A DNA stretch of 62,362 nucleotides, counting the filler, from Basidioascus undulatus (Eukaryota): NCBI GenBank assembly GCA_000826855.1. It is 11 parts of 11 records of this genome, joined end to end, with 100 filler letters (N's around TTAATTAATTAA, not from the genome) between each part and the next. Parts side by side here need not be neighbours in the genome. Positions count along the whole stretch, not along the records: positions 47,434 to 51,092 come from JTLS01002356.1; positions 51,193 to 54,850 come from JTLS01002357.1; positions 54,951 to 58,607 come from JTLS01002358.1; positions 58,708 to 62,362 come from JTLS01002359.1; 7 more parts are not named here. One strand, written 5' to 3'. Positions 50,505 to 62,362 of this stretch are shown here, piece after piece (positions within the stretch are counted from its first letter, which is position 1; each line of letters begins with the position of its first letter). Below the pieces are notes generated by a model. It saw only the letters and a list, made by a program, of their open reading frames with translations. It had not been told where the DNA came from and searched no databases. Made by a program: the position numbers and the translations under genes.

Positions 50505-51092
50505 AGCTCTGGCTTGTCCGGGTAGTCCAGAGGGTAGGGAAGGATGGAGAGTATTGAGGTGCATCACCTCCCAAAATACATATCAGCCTGGAATGCAGTC
50601 AGCACGCCGAAAAGTGCGACTGGCACGCCTTCTGAGTTGGATTTGCGTCATCTGCTGCAAAGTTGGTGTGCCTTGGTGTGTCCGCATGAGAAGAGCTGCA
50701 AAGCCTTCAAACTTATCCAAATTTTTCAAAGAAAACCTCTTACTGGTTTGAGGTATATGTACCCCTATCTGGGGGCTGGTCAGCCATTGCCGCTAGCGCT
50801 TGTGAGAGCCACAGTCAGACAGCCGCTCAGCTTACGCCTGCGTCTCCGCCCTACCGAGCTTCCTTATCATTGGTAATATTCTTTTTCATTTGTGATGTAC
50901 AGCAATCAGCGTACCTCGTCTAAATGCACGCCTGGCTGTTTGAAAAGCCATCTGATGACGTCAGCAGAGCAACGTACATACACCGCCCATGCTCATCGTC
51001 CAAGCGTCTTCTTGCTTCCCTCCCGGCCTCCCTCTCCCACCTCATCGCCCCCTTCCCTCAATCCAAATGGTCCGCACGCCCCGCCCACCCGC

Positions 51093-51192
51093 NNNNNNNN
51101 NNNNNNNNNNNNNNNNNNNNNNNNNNNNNNNNNNNNTTAATTAATTAANNNNNNNNNNNNNNNNNNNNNNNNNNNNNNNNNNNNNNNNNNNN
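51093..51192. other. Artificial contig spacer
   Basis: N44-TTAATTAATTAA-N44. Confidence 0.98.
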
Positions 51193-51305
51193 GTGTTGCA
51201 GCGGCCGCCGTCAGCGCGCTTGAGGAAGTTGTTGGGTTCGGGCAGTGCGGTGGCGGTCGCAGCGGCGGCGACGGCGGCGAAGACCGAGAAGACAGCGGTG
51301 CGCAT
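51193..51305 (-). CDS. Hydrophobin, 5' fragment (truncated by contig end)
   Basis: MRTAVFSVFAAVAAAATATALPEPNNFLKRADGGRCNT is paralogous to the N-terminus of the complete hydrophobin at 52852 (LKRQDGGQCNT). Confidence 0.7.
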
Positions 51306-52717
51306 TATTGAAGGGATGGGGATTGGAGAAGGCCGAAAATGTGTATCGCTTGTCTGGAGCTGGGAAGCAGAAGGAGTGAAGTGGTGATGGGAAGAATAAG
51401 CGCTGTGAACGGGTCAGTGGGTTTTTATGCACTTCGTACTGCCTCTCAGCCGCCGTCCGCACGGTCGGCGCCAACCGGAGGTCATATGAGCTACATAGAA
51501 ATACAGTCCTAGGCTGACAACTCTTCCTCAAGGCCGGCTGACGATCCTCAGCACGTTTGTGTTTGGTCGAAGCCGTGGCAAGCCTCGTCGATGCACTTGG
51601 TGGGTCGATCCTGGCGTTCACTCCAAGGTTGGCAGGAAGTGTGGGTGGCTGTACTAATTACGACCAGTGTTCAGAGACAGAAGACTGATTCGCGGTCTCA
51701 TTTCTCTTGGGGTGATGAAGTGCGCGACATTGATCGACAGGCGCTGGCAAGAACGCCCAAGAGGTGGCAAGGCGCGTTGAAATGAAGTGCAGCCTAGCAA
51801 GGAACTAGTCTCGCCTGGTTGTGCTCTCATCCATTCCTCGATGAGTGAGCCTACACACCAAGAGGTTCGCGCATCATCTTGTCTGTCTGCACCGCCCCAT
51901 TACATGGTACACTAATGTGTGAGGATCGTTGTTTTGGGGACGACGCGCCTTGAGAAAGATGTCAGCCGTCAGCCTGGTAGCGCAATGTACACAGTCCTCG
52001 ACCATTTCCAGAGACTGGCGAAAGTATTGAAAACTAAGTTTTCTGAAAGTTTGTGTCTGAATCAACTCTACATGTTATGAACGTGCGCCCTTACGACCTC
52101 CATTTCGATTGGCTGGTCAATTGCTTGCTAGTTTCAAGCCCACTAGATGGAGCTTGCTGCCAATGGAAGCTGAGAATCGAGCATCTCTAGATTCTTCGCC
52201 TCATCCTGCTTAATCCGGTCTGAATCAAAGCCTTCTCATCTGCGCGTCGCAGTTTGCTGCACTTGGCTTGTGGATTCGGCACCGCTGAGCAGAGCGCGGG
52301 CCTCGAGCGTATGATATAGCGTGCACCGTTGAAACGAATGGTGGCGTTCACTCTTTCTTCGTGCACTGTAAGCGATACTTCCAAGCAATTAGCCAGATCG
52401 ATCCCCGTCGCGGACTGGGACATACACCACCCTCAAATCAGTCACACCAATGTGTAAAGAGTTGGCTACGTCTACCGACAGACGCCTTAAGTTTTCCTAA
52501 TTCTCTTAGACCCAACCTGACGCATATCGGTATGGTTGAAAACTCCCGGTGTCGCAATGGAGTGCCGTCGGTGTGGACCCGCGTGGCTGGTCCGGCTACA
52601 CATCTGGTGCCCTCCCGTCGCGACTAGTCCGGAGAATAAAGCCTACACAAGTTTCTATGACAGCATGATGAGCACTGGTGATCCCAGGGGTGGCGCAGCA
52701 TGGAGGTCTGTTCTGCC

Positions 52718-52723
52718 TATAAA
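52718..52723 (+). promoter_or_regulatory. TATA box of the hydrophobin gene
   Basis: TATAAA ~130 nt upstream of the ATG, followed by a CT-rich leader. Confidence 0.55.
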
Positions 52724-52851
52724 GACCCAGCTTCCCATGCTGCTCAACGTCTTCCCCAACCCAGACTCCCGGCGTATTCCTCTCTCTCACAGAGCCCTTT
52801 CTCCTCAAAGGCCTACCATACCCCATCCTCCGAAGTCCCCCTATCTTCAAC

Positions 52852-53450
52852 ATGCGCTCCGCCTCGTTCGCCATCCTCGCTGGTGTACTCGCCGTCGCCT
52901 CCGCCGTTCCCCACTCTGGCAACATCCTCAAGCGCCAGGACGGCGGACAGTGCAACACCGCCGAGGTTTCATGCTGGTGAGTAAAATCCCATTCAAAGCC
53001 AGAGATCTTGTCAAGTAACTGTAAACTTTCCGTCAGCAACACGGTCAACGACGCCAGCAAAGCAAGCGACGTGAGTGTTCCCTTTTCATCGGTCGAGTGG
53101 GATCCTTTCCTGTATCTGAAGCTTTTTTTTCTTTCCAATCAGCTTTTTGGCGGTCTTCTCAATGTCGGGAGCATTGCCGGCCAAGTTGGGATCAACTGCA
53201 TCCAGGTAAATATTGCGACCTAGGCAATTGGCGAGGCCTCCTGCTGACTTGTGCTTCGTTTTACAGGTCCCCGTGATCGCCGGTGCAGTCTCCGGCAAGT
53301 GTGACAGCAGCCCCGTGTGCTGCAACAACGTCTACCAGAACGGCCTCCTGGGTGTTGGGTGCTCGGTAAATGCCTATAAGCTATATTGTGATGACCGAAT
53401 GTGGCTTACCGTATTTCCGACGCACTTGGTAGCCCGTTCAAATTGCCTAA
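52852..53450 (+). CDS. Class I hydrophobin
   Basis: Signal peptide plus KR site; 8-Cys spacing C-X6-CC-X29-C-X13-C-X5-CC-X12-C across 5 exons; ends GCSPVQIA*. Confidence 0.93.
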
Positions 53451-54477
53451 AAGGCCCTCAACGTGCTATGGACATACAGACCCGAGATTTGGGAGTGTTA
53501 TTGAGCAGTGAGACTGTGAATGAATTGCTACATGTTGTGTGCTGTACAGGAAGCCACTATGCGCGTCGCGAAGCTTGACGGCCTGAGGTCTCAAGCTTTG
53601 AACAAGCAATTGTGTACTCAGAGAGTAAGGCGGACATCTCATCTTTACATGTATGGTTGCCTGTGGCATGTCAGACCTTTCAGTCACTTTACATGCGCTG
53701 CTCGGTTTGGAAACAGCTGGAAACAGACAGTGTTATGAAGCAGGCATTCCAATTACATACTTTGATAGTCATATTCTTTAATATAAAACTGGTCTAGAAA
53801 CATTCACACTAGCTTGGGTAGTACGCTTGAGCATCGACGGTCCGGCGTCGCTATCCAGGACACCCGGCCGCACGGACTTCCCGACTGCTCTGTGGTCGCA
53901 TGTCACGGCGAGTACATCATACTGTAGTCCAAGACTGAACTGCGAAAGCATGGAAGACCATCAACTTGCGATGAGTATACTCGCCGCGGGACATTCCTGA
54001 GCGATGATTTTGATATGAATGGACAAGGAAGTCATGTTGATATAGATCAACGACATGAGCGACGCGTATTTTGTCTTGCTGGAGCAGGGCAATGCAGGAG
54101 TACATGTCCTTATAGGAAAGGGCTCCCTGTGAAACGAAAGAAGGCAGTAGCTCACAGCGAACGCTGAAAGCAAGCGCAGTGCAGGCACTGAGAGCTGACG
54201 ACTGCCTCTCAAATTTCTGCTCAAGCATGTGAGATCGTTACTGACCAGTAGCGCCAGCGCAAGCCCAAAAAGTTCAATTGACATTTCACTCTCGAGCCAG
54301 TTGAATTGAGATGGAACGAAGAACGATCGCATGCATGCATGCCGCAGCCTCGGCCATCCACTCTGCACAGCATTGAATCATTGTCCTCGAACTTGGTATT
54401 TCCTCCTCATTCAGATATAAAGTCCCTAGTCCGCATTAAAGTCCTCCCCCATGTCCGCCTCGAAGTCCAATCCCATC

Positions 54478-54745
54478 TCACCCCTCTACCGTATTCCCCC
54501 ACTCCTGCGGGCTCTCCTCCATCTCAAACACAATCTCCGCGCCGTCTTTAATCCACTCATGCCTTATCACCGGATCCCCAAGCACCCGCCCATCGACGCG
54601 CACAGAGCGCACGTACTTGCGCCCCGCGCTCGTGCCCGGCGCGGAGATCGTCAGCGGGCGCGACGCCCCGGGGAAGCGCGTGGTGAGCTTGTCGAAGAAG
54701 GGCGTGCCGATTACGTAGGTTGCTGAAACGGGGTCGACTGGGGGT
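54478..54745 (-). CDS. Glycoside hydrolase family 92 alpha-mannosidase, last exon
   Basis: PVDPVSATYVIGTPFFDK...LTISAPG...KYVRSVRVDG...IRHEWIKDGAEIVFEM..SPQEWG. Confidence 0.85.
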
Positions 54746-54850
54746 AGAGGATGAGGGTTAAGAATGGCATGGTAGGAGGGGGACGGGGAGGGGAGAAAGG
54801 AGGGGAACGAGGAGAGAAGGGGGAAACGCACGTTCCCGCAAGTAAGCCTT

Positions 54851-54950
54851 NNNNNNNNNNNNNNNNNNNNNNNNNNNNNNNNNNNNNNNNNNNNTTAATT
54901 AATTAANNNNNNNNNNNNNNNNNNNNNNNNNNNNNNNNNNNNNNNNNNNN
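54851..54950. other. Artificial contig spacer
   Basis: N44-TTAATTAATTAA-N44. Confidence 0.98.
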
Positions 54951-55808
54951 AGTATGTCACGAAGACGATCGCCGACCTCGACAGGGAGACCCTCAACGGG
55001 CTGGCGAAAGCCGGTTTCAAGACCAACTTGGTGCGCAACTAATGCACCACTGAAACAGTTCGGGAGCATATTTTGACATACAGATAGGGCTTTCTTATGC
55101 TCTACTACAACCGTGGAGCCGGCTACTGTAGGGCCAAATCAGTGCATTCCAGATTTCCAGATAACGGCTTGTTGCTGACAGCTTCTCGTAGACCTCGACG
55201 TTGGCGCCTCGAAGCTCATCGCGGACGGCAATATCAAGGTCATGCAGGGCCAGGAGATTGGTACCTGGTACCTCCGTCCAAAGAGAAGAAGGTTTGTTTA
55301 CTTCTGCTGAACCTTTGTCTGCTGCATACCACTTCACCGAGGACTCCATCGTTTTCGCCGACGGCGCGGCGATCAAAGCGGACATCGTTGTCCTCGCGAC
55401 CGGCTACAAGAACATACAAGTGGATATGAACAATAGCAGGAGGTATTCGGACTTATTGTTCCTTTCTACACAGGAAAACGACTGCCGAGCGCATCCTCGG
55501 TCCTGAGGCGTCTCGTATGAACGAGGTCTGGGGTCTCGACACGGAGGGGAGCTGAAGACCATGTAAGCGGAGAAATAGCTTGCTGAACGGAGTTCGGACT
55601 CACTGGTATTTTTCTTACAGGTGGAGGCCGTCTGGGCACCCGAATTTGTGGATGATGGGCGGGTAAGTCTGAGATTCCCCCAAGAAACTGGTAGGCGCGG
55701 ACGTCGACGCTGATCTGCTCGACTTGCAGCAACTTGGCCCACGCCCGCTTCTACGGTAAGCGACTTGCGCTTCAGCTGAAAGCGAGACTTGAGGGCATTG
55801 CCTATTGA
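54951..55808 (+). CDS. Type II/YUCCA-related flavin monooxygenase, 3' part
   Basis: DRETLNGLAKAGF...RGAGYYLDVGASKLIADGNIKV...ADIVVLATGY...VWGLDTEGEL..WRPSGHPNLWMMGGNLAHARFYGKRLALQLKA. Confidence 0.88.
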
Positions 55809-56986
55809 TAGACCCCCCCCTTCTCCCGCCGTTTTCCGTCCGTTTGTATTGGAGAAGTCAGAATGTCACCATCCGGCAGGCCGGCAATCAGTCTCATACC
55901 GGTTGTAGAGCATGGGCGTAGCTAGCTGCAGATTTTAAGCCTTGAAATTCAAAAAGTATCTCTGAGACTCCCTAGTGCGCAAATGAATATTGCTGTGCCC
56001 TAAAAGGTCTGTCCCGACGCCCAGTTATCCGTGCTGCATCTGTGGGCAGCGGTGGTACCGGCAAGTTGCCTTGCCAATGACCTCGCATGCTAACAAATTG
56101 AACAGGTCGTATTATTATTGGGGCCTGGAAGACAATTGATGGACACAACGCACCTCTTGTTTTGCGGTCGCTGCGGTAGCAGCGGCGGTAGCAATACTGT
56201 CCGGCGCAGGCCATCATGAACACCGTGTCCGCAGACCACCGCGATGTTGTAGACCTGCATCCGCTAGGTCACGCTTAAGAGTTTGAATATGCAGGAATTC
56301 AGTCCCTGTTTGCGGGCATTCAGAGTCATTTCCGCTCCCTGCCAGCGTCAACGCGAGATTGCAGCGCTTGCAGGGAGCCACGTGAGCATCACCCGAAGCC
56401 GGTGTGAGCAAGCCTTGACTCGCCATGCTTTCCTGTGGCTCTGACATGACCTCCATCCTCCCAATTTCTGTAAAGTTGGAGCTAGTTTGGCGAGCCTCCT
56501 CCCGGGCCACGTTCAGTCAAGACATTTATTCCTGCTCGGCATGCCCGTGAAGTCACGACTCACGACTACAACTCCACCTATGCGCTACACTTCCTCCCGT
56601 GACCATAAGACAGTGCCATTCGCACGGCTTTGCACTTGTAATTTATGCTTCACCTTTAACAGCAATATTATAGGCTTAAAGAATCACATTAGCTAGGCAA
56701 GCAGCTGACTTCTCAGCCATATCAAGCAGATCACGGGCACTGCGCGGCCGCACCGGATGGCATGAAGCGGACTGCGACAAACGACCCGAGCTTTCCCGGG
56801 AAATTAGAGATTGCTCGAGTGGCGTGAAGGAGGATGCCCAAGAGATCAGATATAAGGTGGTCTCTACTGCGAGTGCTCGAGAGTCCCCATCTGAACGCAT
56901 TCATCTTCCCCACGCACACATCAAACAACCAACGCCTCCCCATATCACAGCACCATCTTCCATAACCCGTCACTACATCTCATATC

Positions 56987-58607
56987 ATGCTCGCTCAGCA
57001 CCAACCTGCGCCTCCTCATACTCTTTCGGCCCCTCCGTCGCGCCCGATGACGCCGCAGGTGACTTCCTCAGCCAACTCGGTACGTGGCGAGCAGTTCCAG
57101 CTAACTGTTCCGATAAAGCTCACTCCAGCTTTCTACCACAGATTGCTCGGCTGTGGTTCTCGAGCTTTTCGGAGGCCATGGCTTCTGGCGACACCTCGGC
57201 AGTTGACCACCTATTTCTCCCCGAGGGATACTGGCGCGACCTGCTGGCGCTGTCCTGGGACCACCGGACTTTGAAGACGCCTGCGAAGATCAAGGTGAGT
57301 ATCTCACCACCACTGACAGAAGTCCTTCTCCTAACAATCACCTACCCGCTTTTTCAGGCTTTCCTCGACGAGGACTCTCGCCTTAAGCGCGCTCAGGTGT
57401 CGAGTGCCGCGCTCGACGGCGAAGCTGCGCTGGTCGAGGCCAACGAAGGTAAGTCAAAAGCGCTGTCATGACTGCACAGAGGATACAGCCCCTTAACGTC
57501 CTGTTTCTTGAATAGATTTCACCTGGGTTCAGTCATTCTACAACTTCGAGACAGCAGTCGGCCGAGGCCGTGGACTGTTCCGCCTGATGCAGGACAAGGA
57601 CGGCTCTTGGAAGTGTTTGTCAGTGTTGTTGTCTCTTCTTTCGTGCTGGTGACTGCAATGTTGGAAATAACTGGACACAGCACGAGCTATACCGGCCTGG
57701 AGGAGATTAAAGGCCATGAAGAGAAGCGCGGCGCTGTGCGTACTCTTGCTTTGCCTTTGCTGACTTCTGCGGCTCACCAACGTGCTTTTGCGAGTAGGGC
57801 CGCCCTCTCGGCGTCAACCACGGGCAAAACTTCGGCCGCCAAAGCTGGAAAGCCCGGCGCGCTTCCAAGAAGGATTTCCTGGACTCCGAGCCTGAGGTCA
57901 GTTCGATCCAAGATCATGAGAGTCTGTCTGTTGCTTACAGAAATCCTGTTGCCTTCGCAGGTTCTCGTCATCGGCGCAGGCCAGGGTGGATTGACTGTGG
58001 GTGCTCGCCTCGGGCAACTTAACGTGGATACACTGCTCGTCGAGTGAGTGGCAGTCTTTGCTTCCAGACGTAGCATACTCTAAGATTTTCTTGGCCGTCT
58101 TTTAGCAAGAACGAACGAGTCGGCGACAACTGGCGCAAGCGCTACGAGTTCCTTGTCCTCCACGACCCAGTGTGGTACGACCACCTGCCGTACATTCCCT
58201 TCCCCCCTCACTGGCCGGTCTTCACCCCGAGTACGTCTTTACGATGTCTCAACTGAACGCCTGCAACGTATCTAACAGCATCCCGCGCTTATCGCAGAGG
58301 ACAAGCTCGGTGACTGGTTCGAAGCTTACGTGCGGACTTCTAATGTGGAAAGTGGTAGGAAACGCGTTGACTGAAATTCAACAAATTTATCCAGGCTGCC
58401 TCCATGGAGCTGAACGTCTGGATGGGCACTACGGTCAAGTCCTCGGTATGTTTTCTGTGTACCAAATGACATGGAGGGCAACACTGATCGTTGTGCGTAT
58501 CCCAGACGTTCGACCCTGCTGCGGGGCACTGGACCGTCACGCTCGTCCGTCCAGGCGGCGAGGAGCGCACTGTGAAGCCCAAGCATGTTATCATGGCGAC
58601 TGGGCAC
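56987..58607 (+). CDS. Type II/YUCCA-related flavin monooxygenase with N-terminal NTF2-like extension, 5' part
   Basis: LFLPEGYWRDLLALSWDHRT...VLVIGAGQGGLTVGARL...GDNWRKRYEFLVLHDPVWYDHLPYIPFPPHWPVFTP.DKLGDWFEAY...KHVIMATGH. Confidence 0.9.
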
Positions 58608-58707
58608 NNNNNNNNNNNNNNNNNNNNNNNNNNNNNNNNNNNNNNNNNNNNTTAATTAATTAANNNNNNNNNNNNNNNNNNNNNNNNNNNNNNNNNNNNN
58701 NNNNNNN
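58608..58707. other. Artificial contig spacer
   Basis: N44-TTAATTAATTAA-N44. Confidence 0.98.
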
Positions 58708-59325
58708 ATGCACGGGACCGGGTACGGCGTGGGGTTCCAGATCTCGCTTGCGCGGATTGCATTACGGGCATTGTGGCGGGGAGCAAGCGGAGAAGAGAGA
58801 GGTTGAGAAGGTACGGCGGGACACAGGGCGTGGGTCGCGGGGCGGTCAGGTACAGCGGAAGGGCGACGCCGATTCCAAGGAGGACATGGAGCGCTGCGAG
58901 GCGGACGAGGAGGGTGAGCGGGCGGAGGGAGAGCGCGGCGTCGGAGGGAACGCTGGATGGACTGGGGGCGGGAGGGGAAGGTGCAAAGAGAGAGGACGAG
59001 TGCGCCGGGCTGTGTCTGTATCGCAATAGGCAAGATCAGAGATTCAGTGGTGTAGGGTTGGGTATGTTGAGGAAGAGAAAGCGCGCACCTCGGCTGAGGA
59101 AACCACATCCTGCAAGCGTAAACCTCGGCCCACCGCGGGCGCAAGAACGCAAACAGGGCCTGTCCCAGTCCGTCGCCACCACGCCTCCATTAGCGCCGCC
59201 CACATACCGTGCTTTCCCCCTTCGGCCCTTCGACGTACCCATCCGAGCCCACCCAGCACAAACCCCATCGCAGCACACGCGATGAGCCCCCATTCCGCGG
59301 CCCCGGGCGCGGGGCAGGCGTCCAT
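58708..59325 (-). CDS. CSC1/OSCA (TMEM63/DUF221)-like membrane protein, 5' part
   Basis: MDAC...GFVLGGLGW|ALFAFLRPRWAEVYACRMWF|...PSDAALSLRPL...GIGVALPLYL...C...LLNLSLLRLL with two GT-AG introns; the FxxLRP..xVY pattern is typical of the family N-terminus. Confidence 0.6.
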
Positions 59326-62300
59326 GAGGCGTATACGAGGTTAGGACGAGAATATAGAAGCTCAAGAGCGTTAGTATGATCGTCAGAGGCGCGTCCAGCG
59401 GCGCAAGTCGTCGAGAGTCGTTGGGTTAGTGGAAGTGTGAAAAGAAGAACGTCGGGCGCTGAGTAGGAAGATCGACAAACGAAGACGGGTGGGGCCCGCG
59501 AGAGAGCTGTGTCCGCCAGGGACTCCAGAAACGGTGTCGCAAGAGCACGACTAGCGATGCGGGCCGTCAGACGGGGTCGTGGATCAAAGTTTTCAAAGTG
59601 CGTCCGGCGCGTGAGAGGAAAATACAGCAGATTAAGCACCAGGGATGCGTTAGTCTATGAGAGGAGAGGTACACCCCCAGATGGTGGAAGAGGGGTGAGG
59701 ACCATCGCAGAGATGAGGACCTGAACGAGCGAGGAAGACGATCCTGCAAAACGAGGGTCGGGCGGAGGAGGGCGCCAGAGGGCGCAACTGGAGCCGGAGC
59801 AAGACCTGGGTGGAAAGATTCCGCGTTTAGTTCGCCTGCAGTTTAGTGTGAACGCGTTTGTGGCCACGTTGTACCAGTGTTATTTCCAAGTCTTTTGTCA
59901 ACACAATTCCACGTGTCATGGTCCGGAGTCAGCCAGGTGTTGCACTCCCACAGCGGTGAGCAACCGACAGCCTGCACTGCCCGATGTCTTTCGAGCAGCT
60001 TTTCCTTCCATAGGTTCGTTCCCTCTAGTCAGATTGATGAAGACTGGCTAAAGACTGGAGAGCATCGCCTCACTCCTCCCAGCACAGACTTATGGGGCTA
60101 GGGTGTATCCCCAGAAGCGACACCTGACCCTAGCTGCGGCGCTGCCATTCCCGACCCCCACAACGCCTGCGGTAGTCCGAACACAAAGTGAAATCGAATA
60201 AATTGGCTTTTACAAGACCTTTTTACAAGGGTCTGGTTTGCATCGGGGTTGTGGTGATGGAAGAGATAAAGGACAAGCGGGTGTTGTGCGCATAACGGAG
60301 GCTGCAGCTGGACCACTTCACTACAGCCATCAGTCGATTGAAAGAGCGAAATTTCAGTCCGATACCACAACGCTTTCCGAGGTGAGCGGAAGTGTTGGGG
60401 GTTGAACTGTCGGGGAGCTGGTCTTGACATGCCGGACACGAACTTCGAAGCTGCCTCAGCAGACTTCGTCCTCAACATGCGCATGCAGACAACTTGAGAC
60501 TTCTGGCGTATGTGGACTTCAGTGACTTGCTCTATACACGTTCACTAAACCCGTGGGCACTCCAACATTCTCCGATAGTCAGGTTCAACACCCAGCTCAA
60601 ATGCTGGAGCGGCGAGACGCCGTTGTAAGGGCTATCCAACGCGTAGTTGCGGAGTAATTCGCGCTAGCAATGACATGCATTACAACCGCAGATGGGCCCA
60701 TACTTTACAACACACGTTTGTAGGAAGAGGTGCACGAAAGACTTTTAAAAATACTGCGGGTGAAAACGCTTCTCATTCGCAAAGTAAGAGCGCGACTGCG
60801 AAGGCGAGAACATTGTCAAGGTCCACACGAGACCAAAGAGATATGTTGCATATGGGCATCAAATAAATACTTGCTTGCTCGCACGCAAGAAATTTAAGAG
60901 AACACGCCTCTGGCCTCCGCAAGGCGGTCAATCTGCTCCGCGATCCCCCAGATCCTGTTCCTGTTCCGCGACGAAGAGCTCCTCGATTATTGGTCCCTCC
61001 TGCGGTCGCACGGTCCGTAGTCGACGTCGACGATGTGCTCGGGCGCGTAAAGTCGGTCTGGAGCTCGTACATTGCGCGCATGAACGTCGAGGGCTCGAAA
61101 TGAGGGGCGGCGGCTCGCAGGATCTGCCACGCTGTGAGCTGGAACTGGTACAAACCCAACTCGCTCATGAACGTGAACATTTGTGAGCGGTCCCTCTTTG
61201 TACACTCGCGGTCGTCCGTGTAGGCTTCAACCATGTCGTAGAATAACATGGCGGTCCGGTCTTGCAACGCGGCCCTCTCATCTGCGCAGGGCGTCAGCGC
61301 ACGGCAAGGCCTGCAACTCGTGGACAGAGCGCTCACCCGGCTCGGCAACAATGGGATTGTCTGAATCATCATCCCGGCACTTCACGACGAGGTCCTTCGC
61401 GCTTCCCTATCCTCGGCGGACAATGCCAGTCGCTCGATCACCTCTGGATCGGGAGGGCGCTGCAGGACGCCGGGGTCCCTACTCCAAAGCATGCCATCTA
61501 GATCGTCCAGCTAGAGTGAGGCAAGTTCATATGGTGAAGAAGGTATGTCCAAGTCGGAAAAGCGAACAAATCAGGGACGGACATTCACACCAGAGTGACC
61601 TCCGGAAACCTGTCGCAAGAGAAGTGTAAGCCGACGTCGTCATGAGGCAAGGTCTCGATTGTGCGCACCGCGCAGAAAGTATGCCAACAGCCCATTGCTG
61701 GTCGAGGTGTGTTTGAGCAGGAGCAAGATGTACACGCGCCCTTTCCTGCAAGCGCTCGGTCCTCCCTTACCTAGATACTCCGACGGTATCCTCTCTCTCT
61801 TGGCTCTCGTAAACTACTGGGTAGTAGGCAAGTACACTCGCCCGCTGTGATACCAAATTTCCCATGGTCCAGAAACAAGGAGAAAGGGAAAAGGAGAGGG
61901 GCAGACTTCGGCGAGAGCTGGGCGACAGGGGATGCAGAAACTGTGAAAACAGTACCGCAGAAAGTCTGCAGCTCTGCTCCACCTCCTCTTGGTTCCTCCC
62001 TCGTCTCAGACGACGTCGACGGGCCTTCATCACGTCGTTCCTCTCGTGCACCTTCACTTCCTCAGCGTCCTCCCCGTCCCCCGCGCCGCCGCCAGCTGCC
62101 TCCTCCCCCTCTCGCACATTCCCATCACCGCTCCGTCGCCCTGTCCCTCCGACCTCTCCACGCTCCAACAATACCGGCACTCGCTCACCTCACTCCAGTA
62201 CCTTCTGGTGCGTTTTTCTCGACTTCCTGTCCATAAAACGGCCTCTTACTCACCGGAATTCGACTCCTAGGACAATGACAAGGATTCTCTCAGAGAGCTG

Positions 62301-62362
62301 ATGGCCTACGTCGTTTTCGACGCTCCGTCAGACGAAGCACCGCCCGAGGCCCTCGTCACTCC

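Noticed and set aside
23219..55808. Stop-codon readthrough (TGA-CTA) generating cryptic peroxisomal isoforms
   Set aside because: The stop contexts checked (HAD, MDR, G-alpha, ataxin-10, FMO) lack the motif.
47434..58607. Apparent gene cluster of three FMOs, hydrophobins and GH92
   Set aside because: The genes lie on different contigs joined artificially, so adjacency across spacers has no biological meaning.
3694..58707. Regularly spaced (~3.77 kb) identical TTAATTAATTAA elements resembling a repeat array or CRISPR
   Set aside because: Each sits inside an N run of 100 nt total and is a six-frame stop linker. The regular spacing only reflects size-sorted contigs (3693, 3691, 3689, 3687, 3671, 3667, 3659, 3658, 3657, 3655 nt).
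60098..61870. Coding-like minus-strand fragments (e.g. 60773-61372)
   Set aside because: No recognisable domain and multiple stops; a gene or transposon call cannot be supported.

Overview
Eukaryotic, intron-rich fungal DNA, most likely a basidiomycete. Support: GTGCGT/GTGAGT/GTACGT donors, CTRAC-type branch points, ~50-80 nt introns, class I hydrophobins and a Clp1-like gene. The window is not contiguous. It is 11 contigs joined by ten artificial 100-nt N-TTAATTAATTAA-N spacers: ten contigs of ~3.66-3.69 kb in descending size plus one of 24.6 kb. Most ORF-track entries are exon fragments or antisense artefacts, so gene models were rebuilt by hand and exon borders are approximate. Recognisable genes: an ACS-family MFS transporter, a HAD phosphatase, a MAPR/cytochrome b5-like protein, an MDR reductase, a group III G-alpha, RPL22, ataxin-10, carnitine acyltransferase, GH92, three FMOs, two divergent hydrophobins, a CSC1/OSCA-like gene, tRNA-iMet and a CpG-decayed Ty1/copia relic. 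The top candidate for novelty is a secreted gene at 12620-14580 (minus strand). It has a histidine-brace, LPMO-like head that is joined through a probable GC-AG intron to a ~205-aa Ala-rich helical tail with strict 11-residue periodicity. Other notable items are a secreted protein made of amphipathic repeats, an F-box/DUG3 chimera and an FMO with a signal peptide. Family assignments come from recalled motifs, not database searches.
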